The notes beneath the pieces were generated by a model. That model did no database searches. It saw only the letters and a program-made list of their open reading frames with translations, and was not told the origin of the DNA. A stretch of 64,000 nt of DNA from Polyangia bacterium. GTDB taxonomy: Bacteria; Myxococcota_A; Polyangia; JAAYKL01. Location: assembly GCA_050287845.1 (NCBI GenBank), contig JBNKCR010000017.1:32001-96000 (forward strand). The letters run 5' to 3'. Shown here one piece after another: positions 20,654-31,214 of the stretch. The position numbers and the translations under genes are program-made. Numbering within the stretch: the stretch's first letter is position 1; every line of letters begins with the position of its first letter.

Positions 20654-23600
20654 ATGAAGAATCGAAATTATCTGTTGGTCATCTGGTGGACACTTTCAGT
20701 GGTGCTGGTTTCGTGTCATCCAAAGCCCAGGGTGAAAACGGATACCGAGACGACGGAAGCGCAGTCGGATTCCACGGAAATTAGAAAATTGCTGTCGTTG
20801 CCCCCCAGAACAGACGGAGATGGTCTCGTCTTTGAAATTCGGGAAGCGTCGGGGCCGTCATTGGACGCCGAAAAACCGAAACAGGTGAAAGGCGAGATCC
20901 TGGACGAAAAAACCGTGGAGAATCTGATGAAACGCACGGGCGTAACATTTACGACCGAAGCCAGAAAAAAAGATACCGTGATGAAACGGGCAGCCACGCC
21001 GCCGCCTCAGAGAACCAGGAAAGTGGAGACTCCCCTGGGCGAAAAAAAATCGGTGCCAGAAGCGGAGGATAATGAAGCGCAGGATAATCGGGAACTGAAG
21101 GTGGTGAGATATGCGCCGGAAGGAAATGTGGCGATGGCGCCTCACGTGAGCATTACATTTTCCAAACCGATGATTCCGGTGTCGGGTATTGCGACGGCGC
21201 AGGAACTGCCGGTCAAAATGACGCCCCTTCCGCAGGGTCGCTGGGAATGGCTGGGCACCGAAACCCTGATTTTCAGACCGAAGACCCGATTGCCCATGGC
21301 TACCGGATATTCGGTGGAAATCCCATCGACGGTGACCTCGCTGGATGGGACCCGAATAAAGGGTTCAAAGAAATTCACATTCCAGACACCGCCACTCCAG
21401 GTTGTCGGCAGCTATCCCACCGGAGACAGTGTGGTGCCCACTTCGCCGCTGGTACTGGCATTCAACCAGTCCATCGATCCTGAGGCGTTGATGCCCTACA
21501 TTGAAGTGACTGGAAACGGTAAGGCCCAGCATGTACGAGTTGCAACGGACGATGAAGTCCGAATGATTTTTGAAAATGAACTCATTCCCTTTGAAAAAGA
21601 CCAGAAAGATCGCCTGCTCATTCTGCTGACAGAAGGGCTTATGAAAGGCGCGACGATTCAGATTCGGGTAAAGAAAAAGGCCCCTTCCGCAGAGGGCCCT
21701 ATCCGTACGGACAAACAACAGACAGTGGCGTTTTCGACATATCGTCCCCTTGCAGCGGAGGCGTGTGGTTGTGGCGGTAAAAACGAATGTCGGCCAGATG
21801 AACAGGTATTTGTGAAATTCAATAATAACCTGGATTTCGATCAGTTCAGCGACGGTGATGTGACGGTGAATCCCCCCATTGAAAACATGATGATCGGACC
21901 CGCCCATGGGGGACTGTACATCATGGGCATGAAAAATGGGAAAACTGAATATCGGGTGCAGTTGTCTGACCGTATTACCGATGTGTTCGGCCAGAAACTG
22001 GATAAAGAAAAAGAATTTACATTTACCACGACCCGGATGAAGCCGGCCCTTGTGGGAGTTGGGCAATCCATGGTGGTCCTGTCCCCCTTTTCAGAAAAGG
22101 AAATTCTTTTTCATGCGGTGAATCACGACGTCCTGAGTGTGATGGTGCATCACATGACCGAGGCAGACCTGAAACCCTGGCTGGACTGGATGAGCGACCG
22201 GCGCCGGGGCAAAGCTGATTTGGCCGATATGCCGGGAAAAAAATTGATCGCAGAAAAAAGGCAACTGACGTCCAATGACAGATGGCAGAAAGTACCGGTA
22301 AATCTGACGCCGTATCTGGAGAATGGTTACGGACAGTTTGCTGTGGTGGTGGCGCCAGTGAACCAACCTAAAAATCACTGGCAGCGGCAGGAAGAAATCG
22401 TGTGGGTGCAGATTACCGATATCGGAATATCAACATACAAAGATGCCACTTCGCTCCACGTGGCCGCTTCTGAACTGAAAAATGGTGCGCCGCTGGCCAA
22501 CGTGAAATTAAAGTTGTTTTCCGAAACGGAAGACGAACGGTCTTCCGTGCAGACAGATAAAGACGGCTATGCGCGAATGGCATTGGATGCCGACCGGTCT
22601 CTTTTTCTGACGGCGAAAAAGGGAAGTGATACGGCCATTCAATTGGCAGGTCATCCCGGCCGATTTGGCTATACGGGATTCGCCTGGACCAGTCAGGAAA
22701 GAAAAAACAGATACACCGCGTATCTGGAAACCGACCGGGGTATGTATAAACCGGGGGAAACGGTGAATGTGAAAGGATGGGTGCGGGAGATTGACGCGAA
22801 CAATGGATATGCCCTGGCACCAACTACCCGACCGGTGCAAAAAATAAAATGGAAGGTGACCGGTCCGAGGGGAATTGAACTTGGACGCGGAACAAAAACC
22901 ACGAGCCAGGTGGGCGGTTTCGATTTTAAATTGAAAATTCCCGGGGATGCCAATACCGGGACCGCCTATATGGAATTGATGAATGAAAAAGGCGGTAGTA
23001 TTGAATCCCGCATCTCTGGAAACGACTATTTTGAAATTCAGGAATTCAGAAAACCGGAATTCGAGGTCACGACAACTGTGAGTGACGGACCTTATATTAT
23101 TGGCGCCACTGCACAGGCAACCCTGATTGCCACATTCTACAGCGGAGAACCCCTTGGGGGAGCAGACGTGCATTGGACGGTGAGTTCGGTCAACAGTTCG
23201 TATTCACCGCCAAATCACGGGGACTTTTCATTTGGAAAATATAATCCATGGTGGGGGTATTGGACGAAGAATATGGGGGGGCGAAAAACAGAAGAAATCA
23301 GGGGGATCACCGGGGGGGACGGCGCCCACCGGGTGAATCTGCATTTCACATCCGCGCCGGACGGACAGCCTTCCCGTATGACTCTCGTGGGGACAGCCAT
23401 GGATATCAATCGGCAACAGTGGTCCGGATCAACGGAATTTGTGGTGCATCCCGCGAGCCGTTATGTGGGGTTGAAGCTGGCGAAGAATTTTGTCGAAAGA
23501 AATGAATCGCTGGAGGTGAGCGCCATTGTAACCGACATAGATGGCCGACTGAGTCGTGGTGAGCAGGTGGTTCTATCACTGATGAAGAACAATACCAGAT

Positions 23601-26600
23601 TCGTCAATGGCAAACGCAAAGATGAAGTGGTTACCGAAGACACCTGCGAATTCACCTCTGAAGCACAGGTACACATTTGCGTGTTCAGACCAGAGGAATC
23701 GGGAAGTTACCAGGTGATTGCCAGAACTGCCGATGACAGAAATCGAAAAGCACAGAGCGATATTCGTTTCTGGGTACGTGGCGATGGAATGAATATCGGG
23801 GAGGTACCCACAGCAGAATCCATCTATATTATTCCCCAAAAAGATACCTTTGCGCCGAACGATAAGGCGACCATGCTGATAAAACTGCCATTTTATCCGG
23901 CGGTGGGATTCATCACCCTGCGCAAGGGAGGCATCCGGTATCGAAAACAGGTTCGCTTTGAAAGTGACTCCGCGATGATTGAAGTGCCATTGACCGAAGC
24001 AGAAATCCCTGAGGTGAACATTCATGTGAATGTTTCGGGGGTAAAGCAGAAAAAGACTTCAGATGGAAAGCAGAAAAATAATGTGGCGTTTGCCAGTGGC
24101 ATGCTGTCTCTCAAGGTATCCGCTGAAGAGAAACGACTCGATGTGGATGTGATTCCGGATAAGCAGAAGCGGGCTCCGGGAGAATCGGCCAATGTTGTTG
24201 TAAATGTGAAAGACTCGGCGGGGCATGGGGTGTCCAATGCGGAACTGGCCATCTGGGCGGTGGATGAAGCGGTACTGGCGCTTTCGGGGTATCAGGTGAA
24301 AGATCCGGTGGATGTTTTTTACACCGCGGCCCCGGATGATGTGGTGGAAAGACACTCCCGGTCCATGGTATTGGATACGTCAAACGCTGGATTGTCGATG
24401 GCGGATGCCCCCGGTGACGGAATTGCGATACAGTCCTTACGGAGGAAAGCGGAATCGATGCCGCGTCCGGCCCCGGCCATGGCGCCGGGTACCGGCGGGG
24501 GTGGGAAGTTGGCAAAAAATGAAGCGGCAGCTACCCCCATTGCCGTGAGAACCAACTTTGATGCCCTGGCGTTTTACGCAGCGCGATTGACCACGGACGA
24601 AGCGGGAATGGTCCGGGTGAATTTCAGGCTGCCGGATTCTCTGACCCGCTATCGCATTGTGGCGGTGGCGGCAGATGGTGCAAACCGTTTTGGCAATGGC
24701 GAAAGCACACAGACAACGCGGTTGCCGCTGATGATACGGCCATCGGCACCCAGATTTCTTCATCTGGGGGATAAATTTGAATTTCCAGTGGTACTTCAGA
24801 ACGCCACCGACGAAGAACAGAAAGTGGATGTGGCGATTGGCGGTACCAACGTGTCTTTTGCCCCGGGATTGTCTGATTTGTCCATGACCACGAAATCCCG
24901 ATTAAAAATGGGCAAGCGGGTGACGGTATCACCGGGACAGCGGGTGGAAGTTCGTTTTCCAGCCCTTGCGCTCCATACCGGAAAATCGCGGTTCGTGGTG
25001 GTGGGCGCATCCGCTGAATACGCTGACAGCAGTGAGTTGGTGCTGCCAGTGTGGACGCCATCAACCGTTGAAGCATTTGCCACCTATGGTACAGTGGATG
25101 ATGGCGACGTGTTGCAAAAAGTGAAGGCGCCTGAAAATATCTGGCCAGCTCAGGGTGGGCTTGAGGTGACTACCTCTTCCACCGGTCTGCAGTCTCTGGC
25201 CGATGCGTTCATTTATCTGACAGAATATCCTTATGAGTGCAGCGAACAGCTGGCGTCGAGACTGATAGCCATTGCCACTCTGAAAGACGTGGTGAAGGCA
25301 TTTCGCAGCGCCGATATCCCGTCGAATGAAAAGCTGAATCAATTGGTGACATCATCCATGTTGAAGCTGGCCCAGCGACAGCAGGAAACGGGAGGTTTCG
25401 GTCTGTGGGATCGCGAAAGCCGCTCTGTCGCATATGTAGACATTCATGTGACCCATGCACTGGCCATAGCAAAGCAGAAAGGGTACACCGTCGATGCGCA
25501 GTTACTGGAGCGCGCCCTCGTTAATCTCAGAAGTATCAACGAAAGATTGGACGGCACCATGTCGGTTGGAGGCCGAAATGCCATTTGGGCTTACGCGCTG
25601 TATGTTCGAAATTTATTGGGAGAGAAGGTGGAGGACGACGCGATTGAATTGTTGGATAGAGGCGATGAAAAATCGCTTTCCATGGAAGCCAGGGGATGGC
25701 TTCTGGAGTGCGTGAAACGGAATGAAAAATATCGCAGCCGCCTGCTGCGGGACGCACAGAACAAGGTGACCGAAACAGCGAAAAACGCGCATTTTATCAC
25801 GGGGTATACCGATGGCGATTATGTGCTGTTGCATTCGGACCGGCGGGCGGATGCCATCTGGCTGGGTGCCTTGCTGAATATCGACCGGGACAATACACTG
25901 ATTCCCAAACTGGCAAGCGGTCTGCTGGACCACCGGAAGAACGGGCGGTGGTTGAGCACCCAGGAGAATGCGTTTGTACTGATAGCCCTCGATACGTATT
26001 TCCAGCAGTATGAAAAGGAAATCCCCAATTTTGTCAGCCGTGTCTGGTTGGGCGACCGGGTGTCAATCCCCCACGGGTTCAAAGGGCGGAGCACCGAAAG
26101 TGCGTTGCTTGACGTGCCGATGAACGAGTTGGGCGGCGAAGAAAATCTGATCATCGAAAAGAACGGTCGCGGCAGAATGTATTATCGGATTGGCATGACC
26201 TATGTGCCGGCTTCTCTCCAACTCGAAGCTGAAAATCGCGGTTTCACGGTGATGCGAAGGTATGCGGGCGTGGATGATGCCGAAGATGTCAGGCAGGATA
26301 AAAGGGGAACGTGGCACGTGAAAGCCGGCGCGCGGGTGAAGGTTGAATTGACCATGGTGGCGCCGGAACGACGATATCATGTGGCCCTTGTGGATGAGCT
26401 GCCGGCGGGTCTGGAACCGGTGAATCCCGCACTGGCGGTGGACCGGAAACGATCGACGGAAAATTCAGGCGGACCGGCAGCGGCAAAGGGCCGGTACTGG
26501 TGGTGGCAGCGGCCCTGGTTTGAGCATCAGAATCTTCGGGATGAACGGGTGGAGGCCTTCACATCGCTCCTGTGGGATGGAGTGTACACTTATAGTTACG

Positions 26601-26713
26601 AAGCTAAAGCCACCACTCCCGGTGAATTCGTGGCCCCGCCTGCCACCGCCCACGAAATGTACTCTCCGGAAACCTTCGGCCGCAGTGGAACTGACCGGAT
26701 GATCATCGACTAG
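20654..26713 (+). CDS. Bacterial alpha-2-macroglobulin family lipoprotein
   Basis: Lipobox VLVSC, Ig-like repeats, TDRGMYKPGE, AVDEAVL, thioester motif YECSEQ, EMYSPE C-terminus. Confidence 0.92.
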   Translation: MKNRNYLLVIWWTLSVVLVSCHPKPRVKTDTETTEAQSDSTEIRKLLSLPPRTDGDGLVFEIREASGPSLDAEKPKQVKGEILDEKTVENLMKRTGVTFTTEARKKDTVMKRAATPPPQRTRKVETPLGEKKSVPEAEDNEAQDNRELKVVRYAPEGNVAMAPHVSITFSKPMIPVSGIATAQELPVKMTPLPQGRWEWLGTETLIFRPKTRLPMATGYSVEIPSTVTSLDGTRIKGSKKFTFQTPPLQVVGSYPTGDSVVPTSPLVLAFNQSIDPEALMPYIEVTGNGKAQHVRVATDDEVRMIFENELIPFEKDQKDRLLILLTEGLMKGATIQIRVKKKAPSAEGPIRTDKQQTVAFSTYRPLAAEACGCGGKNECRPDEQVFVKFNNNLDFDQFSDGDVTVNPPIENMMIGPAHGGLYIMGMKNGKTEYRVQLSDRITDVFGQKLDKEKEFTFTTTRMKPALVGVGQSMVVLSPFSEKEILFHAVNHDVLSVMVHHMTEADLKPWLDWMSDRRRGKADLADMPGKKLIAEKRQLTSNDRWQKVPVNLTPYLENGYGQFAVVVAPVNQPKNHWQRQEEIVWVQITDIGISTYKDATSLHVAASELKNGAPLANVKLKLFSETEDERSSVQTDKDGYARMALDADRSLFLTAKKGSDTAIQLAGHPGRFGYTGFAWTSQERKNRYTAYLETDRGMYKPGETVNVKGWVREIDANNGYALAPTTRPVQKIKWKVTGPRGIELGRGTKTTSQVGGFDFKLKIPGDANTGTAYMELMNEKGGSIESRISGNDYFEIQEFRKPEFEVTTTVSDGPYIIGATAQATLIATFYSGEPLGGADVHWTVSSVNSSYSPPNHGDFSFGKYNPWWGYWTKNMGGRKTEEIRGITGGDGAHRVNLHFTSAPDGQPSRMTLVGTAMDINRQQWSGSTEFVVHPASRYVGLKLAKNFVERNESLEVSAIVTDIDGRLSRGEQVVLSLMKNNTRFVNGKRKDEVVTEDTCEFTSEAQVHICVFRPEESGSYQVIARTADDRNRKAQSDIRFWVRGDGMNIGEVPTAESIYIIPQKDTFAPNDKATMLIKLPFYPAVGFITLRKGGIRYRKQVRFESDSAMIEVPLTEAEIPEVNIHVNVSGVKQKKTSDGKQKNNVAFASGMLSLKVSAEEKRLDVDVIPDKQKRAPGESANVVVNVKDSAGHGVSNAELAIWAVDEAVLALSGYQVKDPVDVFYTAAPDDVVERHSRSMVLDTSNAGLSMADAPGDGIAIQSLRRKAESMPRPAPAMAPGTGGGGKLAKNEAAATPIAVRTNFDALAFYAARLTTDEAGMVRVNFRLPDSLTRYRIVAVAADGANRFGNGESTQTTRLPLMIRPSAPRFLHLGDKFEFPVVLQNATDEEQKVDVAIGGTNVSFAPGLSDLSMTTKSRLKMGKRVTVSPGQRVEVRFPALALHTGKSRFVVVGASAEYADSSELVLPVWTPSTVEAFATYGTVDDGDVLQKVKAPENIWPAQGGLEVTTSSTGLQSLADAFIYLTEYPYECSEQLASRLIAIATLKDVVKAFRSADIPSNEKLNQLVTSSMLKLAQRQQETGGFGLWDRESRSVAYVDIHVTHALAIAKQKGYTVDAQLLERALVNLRSINERLDGTMSVGGRNAIWAYALYVRNLLGEKVEDDAIELLDRGDEKSLSMEARGWLLECVKRNEKYRSRLLRDAQNKVTETAKNAHFITGYTDGDYVLLHSDRRADAIWLGALLNIDRDNTLIPKLASGLLDHRKNGRWLSTQENAFVLIALDTYFQQYEKEIPNFVSRVWLGDRVSIPHGFKGRSTESALLDVPMNELGGEENLIIEKNGRGRMYYRIGMTYVPASLQLEAENRGFTVMRRYAGVDDAEDVRQDKRGTWHVKAGARVKVELTMVAPERRYHVALVDELPAGLEPVNPALAVDRKRSTENSGGPAAAKGRYWWWQRPWFEHQNLRDERVEAFTSLLWDGVYTYSYEAKATTPGEFVAPPATAHEMYSPETFGRSGTDRMIID

Positions 26714-27190
26714 AGCGGCGATCGGTTGATTTACCTGGGAGACAACTTCCGTTTGTCTTTCATTTCCACCTGCGTTGCCATTGCCGAACAGGTCAATCCG
26801 CGTTGAACCATATGCCTCTACGTCTTCTGATTCCTCAGTTTTTGTTGACGGCTTCGTTTGCGGGCATCTGACCTGGCTTCGAGATTCGTAACCCTTTTTT
26901 TTCATTTGAAGCCGCCTATATGGATTGAAATGATATACAAATACACTGCCGACGGTTAGTATCGGGCATTCATGATTTTATAAGTGAGTATTCGTAACGG
27001 GAGTTTGCGATTAAGGAACCGGCGAAATACGTGCTGTGTGTTGGCATCCGAAAAAGCGAGCGTAAAATAAATTCGAAACACGAATTAGCGCGTATAACGC
27101 GTATAGAAGTAAACATAGTACGTATAGAATTGGAAAAAACGAGCGTAAAACGAGCGTAACCTGGCACCGTTCTTTACACCGGGAGAAGCA

Positions 27191-30013
27191 ATGGAAAAGA
27201 TTCCATATTCAGAAGCGGAAACCCGTCAGCAGCTTATTGATAAATCCCTGGCGCTGGCCGGGTGGAACGTGAACGATCCCTCTCAGGTAATACAGGAACT
27301 TGACATCTATATAGAGAACGTGGCCGTATCAAAAGTGGCCGACCCTTCCACGCCGTACCGGGGGCATAACTTCGCAGACTATGCGCTGATGATGGAAGGG
27401 AAACCCATCGCGGTTATTGAAGCCAAAAGAACATCCAAAGATGCACGGGCCGGGCAGGAGCAGGCGCTGCAATATGCGCAGAAGCTGCAACAGATTCATG
27501 GCGTTCTGATGCCGTTTGTGTTTTACACTAACGGATACGAAACATTTTTTTGGGAAGTGGACTTTTACCCGCCGGTGAGAGTGTATGGCTTTCCAACATT
27601 TAAAGACCTTCACTGGATGGACGAACGGCGTAAAAGCCGCAATCCCATGTCGGTTGAAATGATCAACCAGAATATTTCCGGCCGAGGGTATCAGCTGGAA
27701 GCCATCCGCTCTGTTCTTGAGAGTATTGAAAAAAAGCGAAGAGATTTTTTACTGGTCATGGCCACCGGTACCGGAAAAACCCGTACCGCCATGGGAATGC
27801 TTGATGTGATTATTCGTGCCCACTGGGCCAAACGGGTATTGTTTCTGGTGGATCGCATTGCCCTTGGAGATCAGGCGCTGGATGCATTCAGGGAACACAT
27901 TCCCGCCGCGCCATCGTGGCCGCAAAAAAACGAACGGGATTTCACACCAAACCGCCGCGTTTATGTAACCACCTACCCAACAATGCTGAACCTGATTGAA
28001 AAGGGCACTACGCCACAGGATTGGATTTCGCCGTTCTTTTTCGATGTCATCGTGGCAGATGAGTCCCACCGAAGCATTTACAACACCTACAAACAGGTGC
28101 TCGACTATTTTAACGCTATTCGGATAGGACTCACCGCAACGCCCACAAACCACATTGACCACGACACGTTTAAACTCTTTGACTGCGATTCCCACGACCC
28201 CACGTTTGCGTATACTTTCGAGGAAGCCCTGGCACATGATCCGCCATATCTGACAGACTTCGAAGTGTTGAAAGTGCGCTCCAAGTTTCAGCTGGAAGGC
28301 ATTAAGGGCGGTGTGTTGCCTCCACAGGTGCAGCGTAAGCTGGTGGCAGAGGGCAAAGATATTGAAGAGATTGATTTTGAAGGCTCCGACTTGGAACGCA
28401 AGGTGACCAACTCAGGCACCAACGCGCTGATTGTTCGGGAGTTCATGGAAGAATGCATTAAGGACGAGTCGGGATCGCTGCCTGGCAAATCCATTATCTT
28501 TGCCATTTCCATGGCTCACGCCCGACGAATTCAGGAGCTGTTCGACCGAATGTATCCGGAGCACAAAGGCCAATTGGCGCGGGTGATTGTGTCTCAGGAA
28601 AAATTTGTACACAGCAAAGGCGGTCTGCTCGACCAGTTCAAAAATCAGGATATGCCCCGGGTAGCCATCTCGGTGGACATGCTGGATACGGGGGTGGATG
28701 TTCGAGAGATTGTAAATCTGGTGTTTGCCAAGCCGGTGTATTCGTATGTGAAGTTCTGGCAAATGATTGGTCGAGGCACCCGAGTACTTGATGACGACCC
28801 CGCCAAACGCAAACCATGGTGTCGCCATAAAGACAAGTTCCTTATCATTGATTGCTGGTCAAATTTTGAGTTTTTCAAGATGCAGCCCGAGGGAAAAGAG
28901 CCAGGGGCGCAAACCCCAATGGCGGTAAAGCTGTTCACCAAACGGCTTGATAAGCTGGAAGCCGCCTTTGCTGTTGAACGCACCGATGTGGTGGAAGCCG
29001 TTGTCAGCGATTTGAAAGCAGACCTTGCCACGCTGCCACAAAATAATGTGGTTGTAAGCGAAGCGCGCAAGGAACTCTCCAGAGTACGCGACGACCAATT
29101 TTGGACAACGTTGTCACCATCGGATCTGGGATTCCTAAGAAACAACGTGGCCCCGGTGTTGCGCGCGCGGCCGGGAATCGATATTAAAGCCATGCGCTTT
29201 GAAACCGAAGCGGTGGAACTGGGCACCGCGCTGCTTGCGGAAAACGCAGACCAGGTCACCGCCATTCGCGACAGTCTTATCGCGCAAATTGACGAACTGC
29301 CCCTTTCTGTGAATGTGGTGGTCAGAGAAAAAGAGCTGATTGAACAGACTAAAGAAACTGCCTTCTGGGCAACGCCAACCGAAGACAAAATCCGCTCATT
29401 GGTCAGCGCGCTGTCGCCACTGATGAGATTCCGCCAGCGAAAAACCGAATCGTTCATGACGCTGGATATTGAAGACCTCACAGTGGTGAAAGACTGGATT
29501 GAGTTCGGTCCCGAAAACGAGCGGATGTCCACCCGTGCGTACAGGGAAAGAGTTGAGCAGTATGTGCGCGATTTGGTGGAACAGAATCCGGTGGTGGCCA
29601 AAATCGCCAATGGTGAAGAAGTAGGCGAAACCGAAATCATGGCCCTGGCGCGCACTCTGAAAGACCACGACCCCCAAGTCACCGAAGAGTTACTGCGTAA
29701 AGTATACGATCACAAAACTGCCCGCTTCATCCAGTTCATCAAACACATCCTCGGCCTCGAAAAACTGGAATCCTGGCAGGAATCCGTAAACCACAAATTC
29801 GAAGCGTTCATCGCCGAACACAATACGTTTACTGCACTGCAAATCCGCTTTTTGCAGACCCTGAAAACGTTCATTCTGCAAACCGGAAAAGTAGAAAGAA
29901 AAGACCTGATAGCAGCGCCGTTTACCCAGATTCATCCCAGTGGCGTGCGCGGTGTTTTCAATGCTGGGGAGATTGAAGAAATCCTGAATTTCTCCAGCGG
30001 ATTTGTAGCGTAA
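27191..30013 (+). CDS. hsdR: Type I restriction enzyme R subunit (EcoAI/EcoEI-like)
   Basis: ADY..IEAKR nuclease motif, MATGTGKT, DESHR, TATP, VDMLDTGVD, QMIGRGTR. Confidence 0.93.
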   Translation: MEKIPYSEAETRQQLIDKSLALAGWNVNDPSQVIQELDIYIENVAVSKVADPSTPYRGHNFADYALMMEGKPIAVIEAKRTSKDARAGQEQALQYAQKLQQIHGVLMPFVFYTNGYETFFWEVDFYPPVRVYGFPTFKDLHWMDERRKSRNPMSVEMINQNISGRGYQLEAIRSVLESIEKKRRDFLLVMATGTGKTRTAMGMLDVIIRAHWAKRVLFLVDRIALGDQALDAFREHIPAAPSWPQKNERDFTPNRRVYVTTYPTMLNLIEKGTTPQDWISPFFFDVIVADESHRSIYNTYKQVLDYFNAIRIGLTATPTNHIDHDTFKLFDCDSHDPTFAYTFEEALAHDPPYLTDFEVLKVRSKFQLEGIKGGVLPPQVQRKLVAEGKDIEEIDFEGSDLERKVTNSGTNALIVREFMEECIKDESGSLPGKSIIFAISMAHARRIQELFDRMYPEHKGQLARVIVSQEKFVHSKGGLLDQFKNQDMPRVAISVDMLDTGVDVREIVNLVFAKPVYSYVKFWQMIGRGTRVLDDDPAKRKPWCRHKDKFLIIDCWSNFEFFKMQPEGKEPGAQTPMAVKLFTKRLDKLEAAFAVERTDVVEAVVSDLKADLATLPQNNVVVSEARKELSRVRDDQFWTTLSPSDLGFLRNNVAPVLRARPGIDIKAMRFETEAVELGTALLAENADQVTAIRDSLIAQIDELPLSVNVVVREKELIEQTKETAFWATPTEDKIRSLVSALSPLMRFRQRKTESFMTLDIEDLTVVKDWIEFGPENERMSTRAYRERVEQYVRDLVEQNPVVAKIANGEEVGETEIMALARTLKDHDPQVTEELLRKVYDHKTARFIQFIKHILGLEKLESWQESVNHKFEAFIAEHNTFTALQIRFLQTLKTFILQTGKVERKDLIAAPFTQIHPSGVRGVFNAGEIEEILNFSSGFVA

Positions 30014-30069
30014 GAATAAGTCTCTTTCTTTCCGACGATTGTTCATTTTTAAAACATGGAACGATTTAA

Positions 30070-30117
30070 TAAACATGGTAATAACCAGTTGATATTACCA
30101 TGTTTAACGAGTACATT
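30070..30117 (+). promoter_or_regulatory. Internal sigma70-like promoter overlapped by a perfect 14-bp inverted repeat (putative operator)
   Basis: TAAACATGGTAATA (30070-30083), 9-nt spacer, TATTACCATGTTTA (30093-30106). TTGATA (30089)-N17-TACATT (30112). Confidence 0.65.
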
Positions 30118-30141
30118 ACCACTATTCAAAAGGTGGAAAAA

Positions 30142-31194
30142 TTGAACTCGATTGACTATAAAATATTGAAATCATTAGTTTTAAGTGTGGAACAGGCGTC
30201 GGCGATGCGGGCGATTGGGGAGTACAAGGGTCGGCAGGAGCTGTATACCCGGCAGACACCCGAAGTGCTGGAGTCCCTGAAAGAGGTTGCCGTTATTGAA
30301 TCCACGGAGTCGTCCAATCGGCTGGAGGGGATTGAAGCGCCTCACCAGCGGGTAGAGGCCATTGTAAAAAAGAGCACCCAGCCCAGGGACCGCTCTGAGC
30401 AGGAAATCGCCGGGTATCAGGATGCGCTGGCCATGATTCATGAATCGGCCCAGTACATGCCATTTAGCCCCAATGTGATTCAGCAGCTTCACTCCACCAT
30501 TTATCGGTACCACGTTAGCGATGGCGGCAAGTGGAAGCCCACTGACAATTCCATTGTGGAAAAGGATAGTGCGGGAAATATCACCCGCGTGCGGTTTGAA
30601 ACGGTAAGCGCGGTGGAAACCCCTGGCGCAATGGAGCGACTTGGAAGCCTGTACAAAACAGCGTCGGAAAGTCACGACCTGGAAGCGCTGATACTGGTGC
30701 CGCTCACGGTGCTCGATTTTTTGTGCATTCACCCGTTTAGAGATGGCAATGGCCGAGTGGGTCGGCTGATTACGTTAATGCTTTTGTATCAGCATGGTTT
30801 CGAAGTGGGCCGGTACATCAGCCTGGAGCGCATCATCGAGGAATCGAAAGAATCGTACTACCGCACTCTCGAAAAGAGTTCTATCGGCTGGCACAAAGCA
30901 GAGCACGATCCCATGCCTTGGCTGGAGTATTTTTGGGGGATGCTGATAAAGGCCTACAAAGAATTTGAAGACCGCGTGGGAAATGTGCGCACCGGTAAGG
31001 GTTCAAAAACAGATCACGTGCGCGAAGCGGTGAGCAGGCGTATGCGCCCCTTTGCCATCTCGGAAATAGTAGTGGATTGCCCCGGGGTGAGCATGGACAT
31101 GATTCGAATTGTACTGCGCAAAATGAGAGATGAAGGATTGCTTATCCAGGAGGGTACCGGTCGCGGTGCCAAGTGGATAAGGAAGATGGATTGA
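30142..31194 (+). CDS. Fic-domain protein with C-terminal winged HTH (likely TTG start 30142; ORF track uses 30100)
   Basis: Intact HPFRDGNGRVGR motif, SNRLEG alpha-inhibitory-type motif, wHTH-like tail, AAGGTGG RBS upstream of TTG. Confidence 0.9.
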   Translation: MNSIDYKILKSLVLSVEQASAMRAIGEYKGRQELYTRQTPEVLESLKEVAVIESTESSNRLEGIEAPHQRVEAIVKKSTQPRDRSEQEIAGYQDALAMIHESAQYMPFSPNVIQQLHSTIYRYHVSDGGKWKPTDNSIVEKDSAGNITRVRFETVSAVETPGAMERLGSLYKTASESHDLEALILVPLTVLDFLCIHPFRDGNGRVGRLITLMLLYQHGFEVGRYISLERIIEESKESYYRTLEKSSIGWHKAEHDPMPWLEYFWGMLIKAYKEFEDRVGNVRTGKGSKTDHVREAVSRRMRPFAISEIVVDCPGVSMDMIRIVLRKMRDEGLLIQEGTGRGAKWIRKMD

Positions 31195-31214
31195 AATCAA
31201 TAGGAAACCCCTGA

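Noticed and set aside
26311..26326. Third parS-like site (GGCACGTGAAAG)
   Set aside because: Only a partial match, not palindromic, and inside a coding region.
26465..26905. 146-aa minus-strand ORF
   Set aside because: It overlaps the macroglobulin 3' end by about 250 nt and has no recognisable motif.
27162..27177. Sigma54 promoter upstream of hsdR
   Set aside because: TGGCAC is present but the -12 element reads TTTA rather than TTGC.
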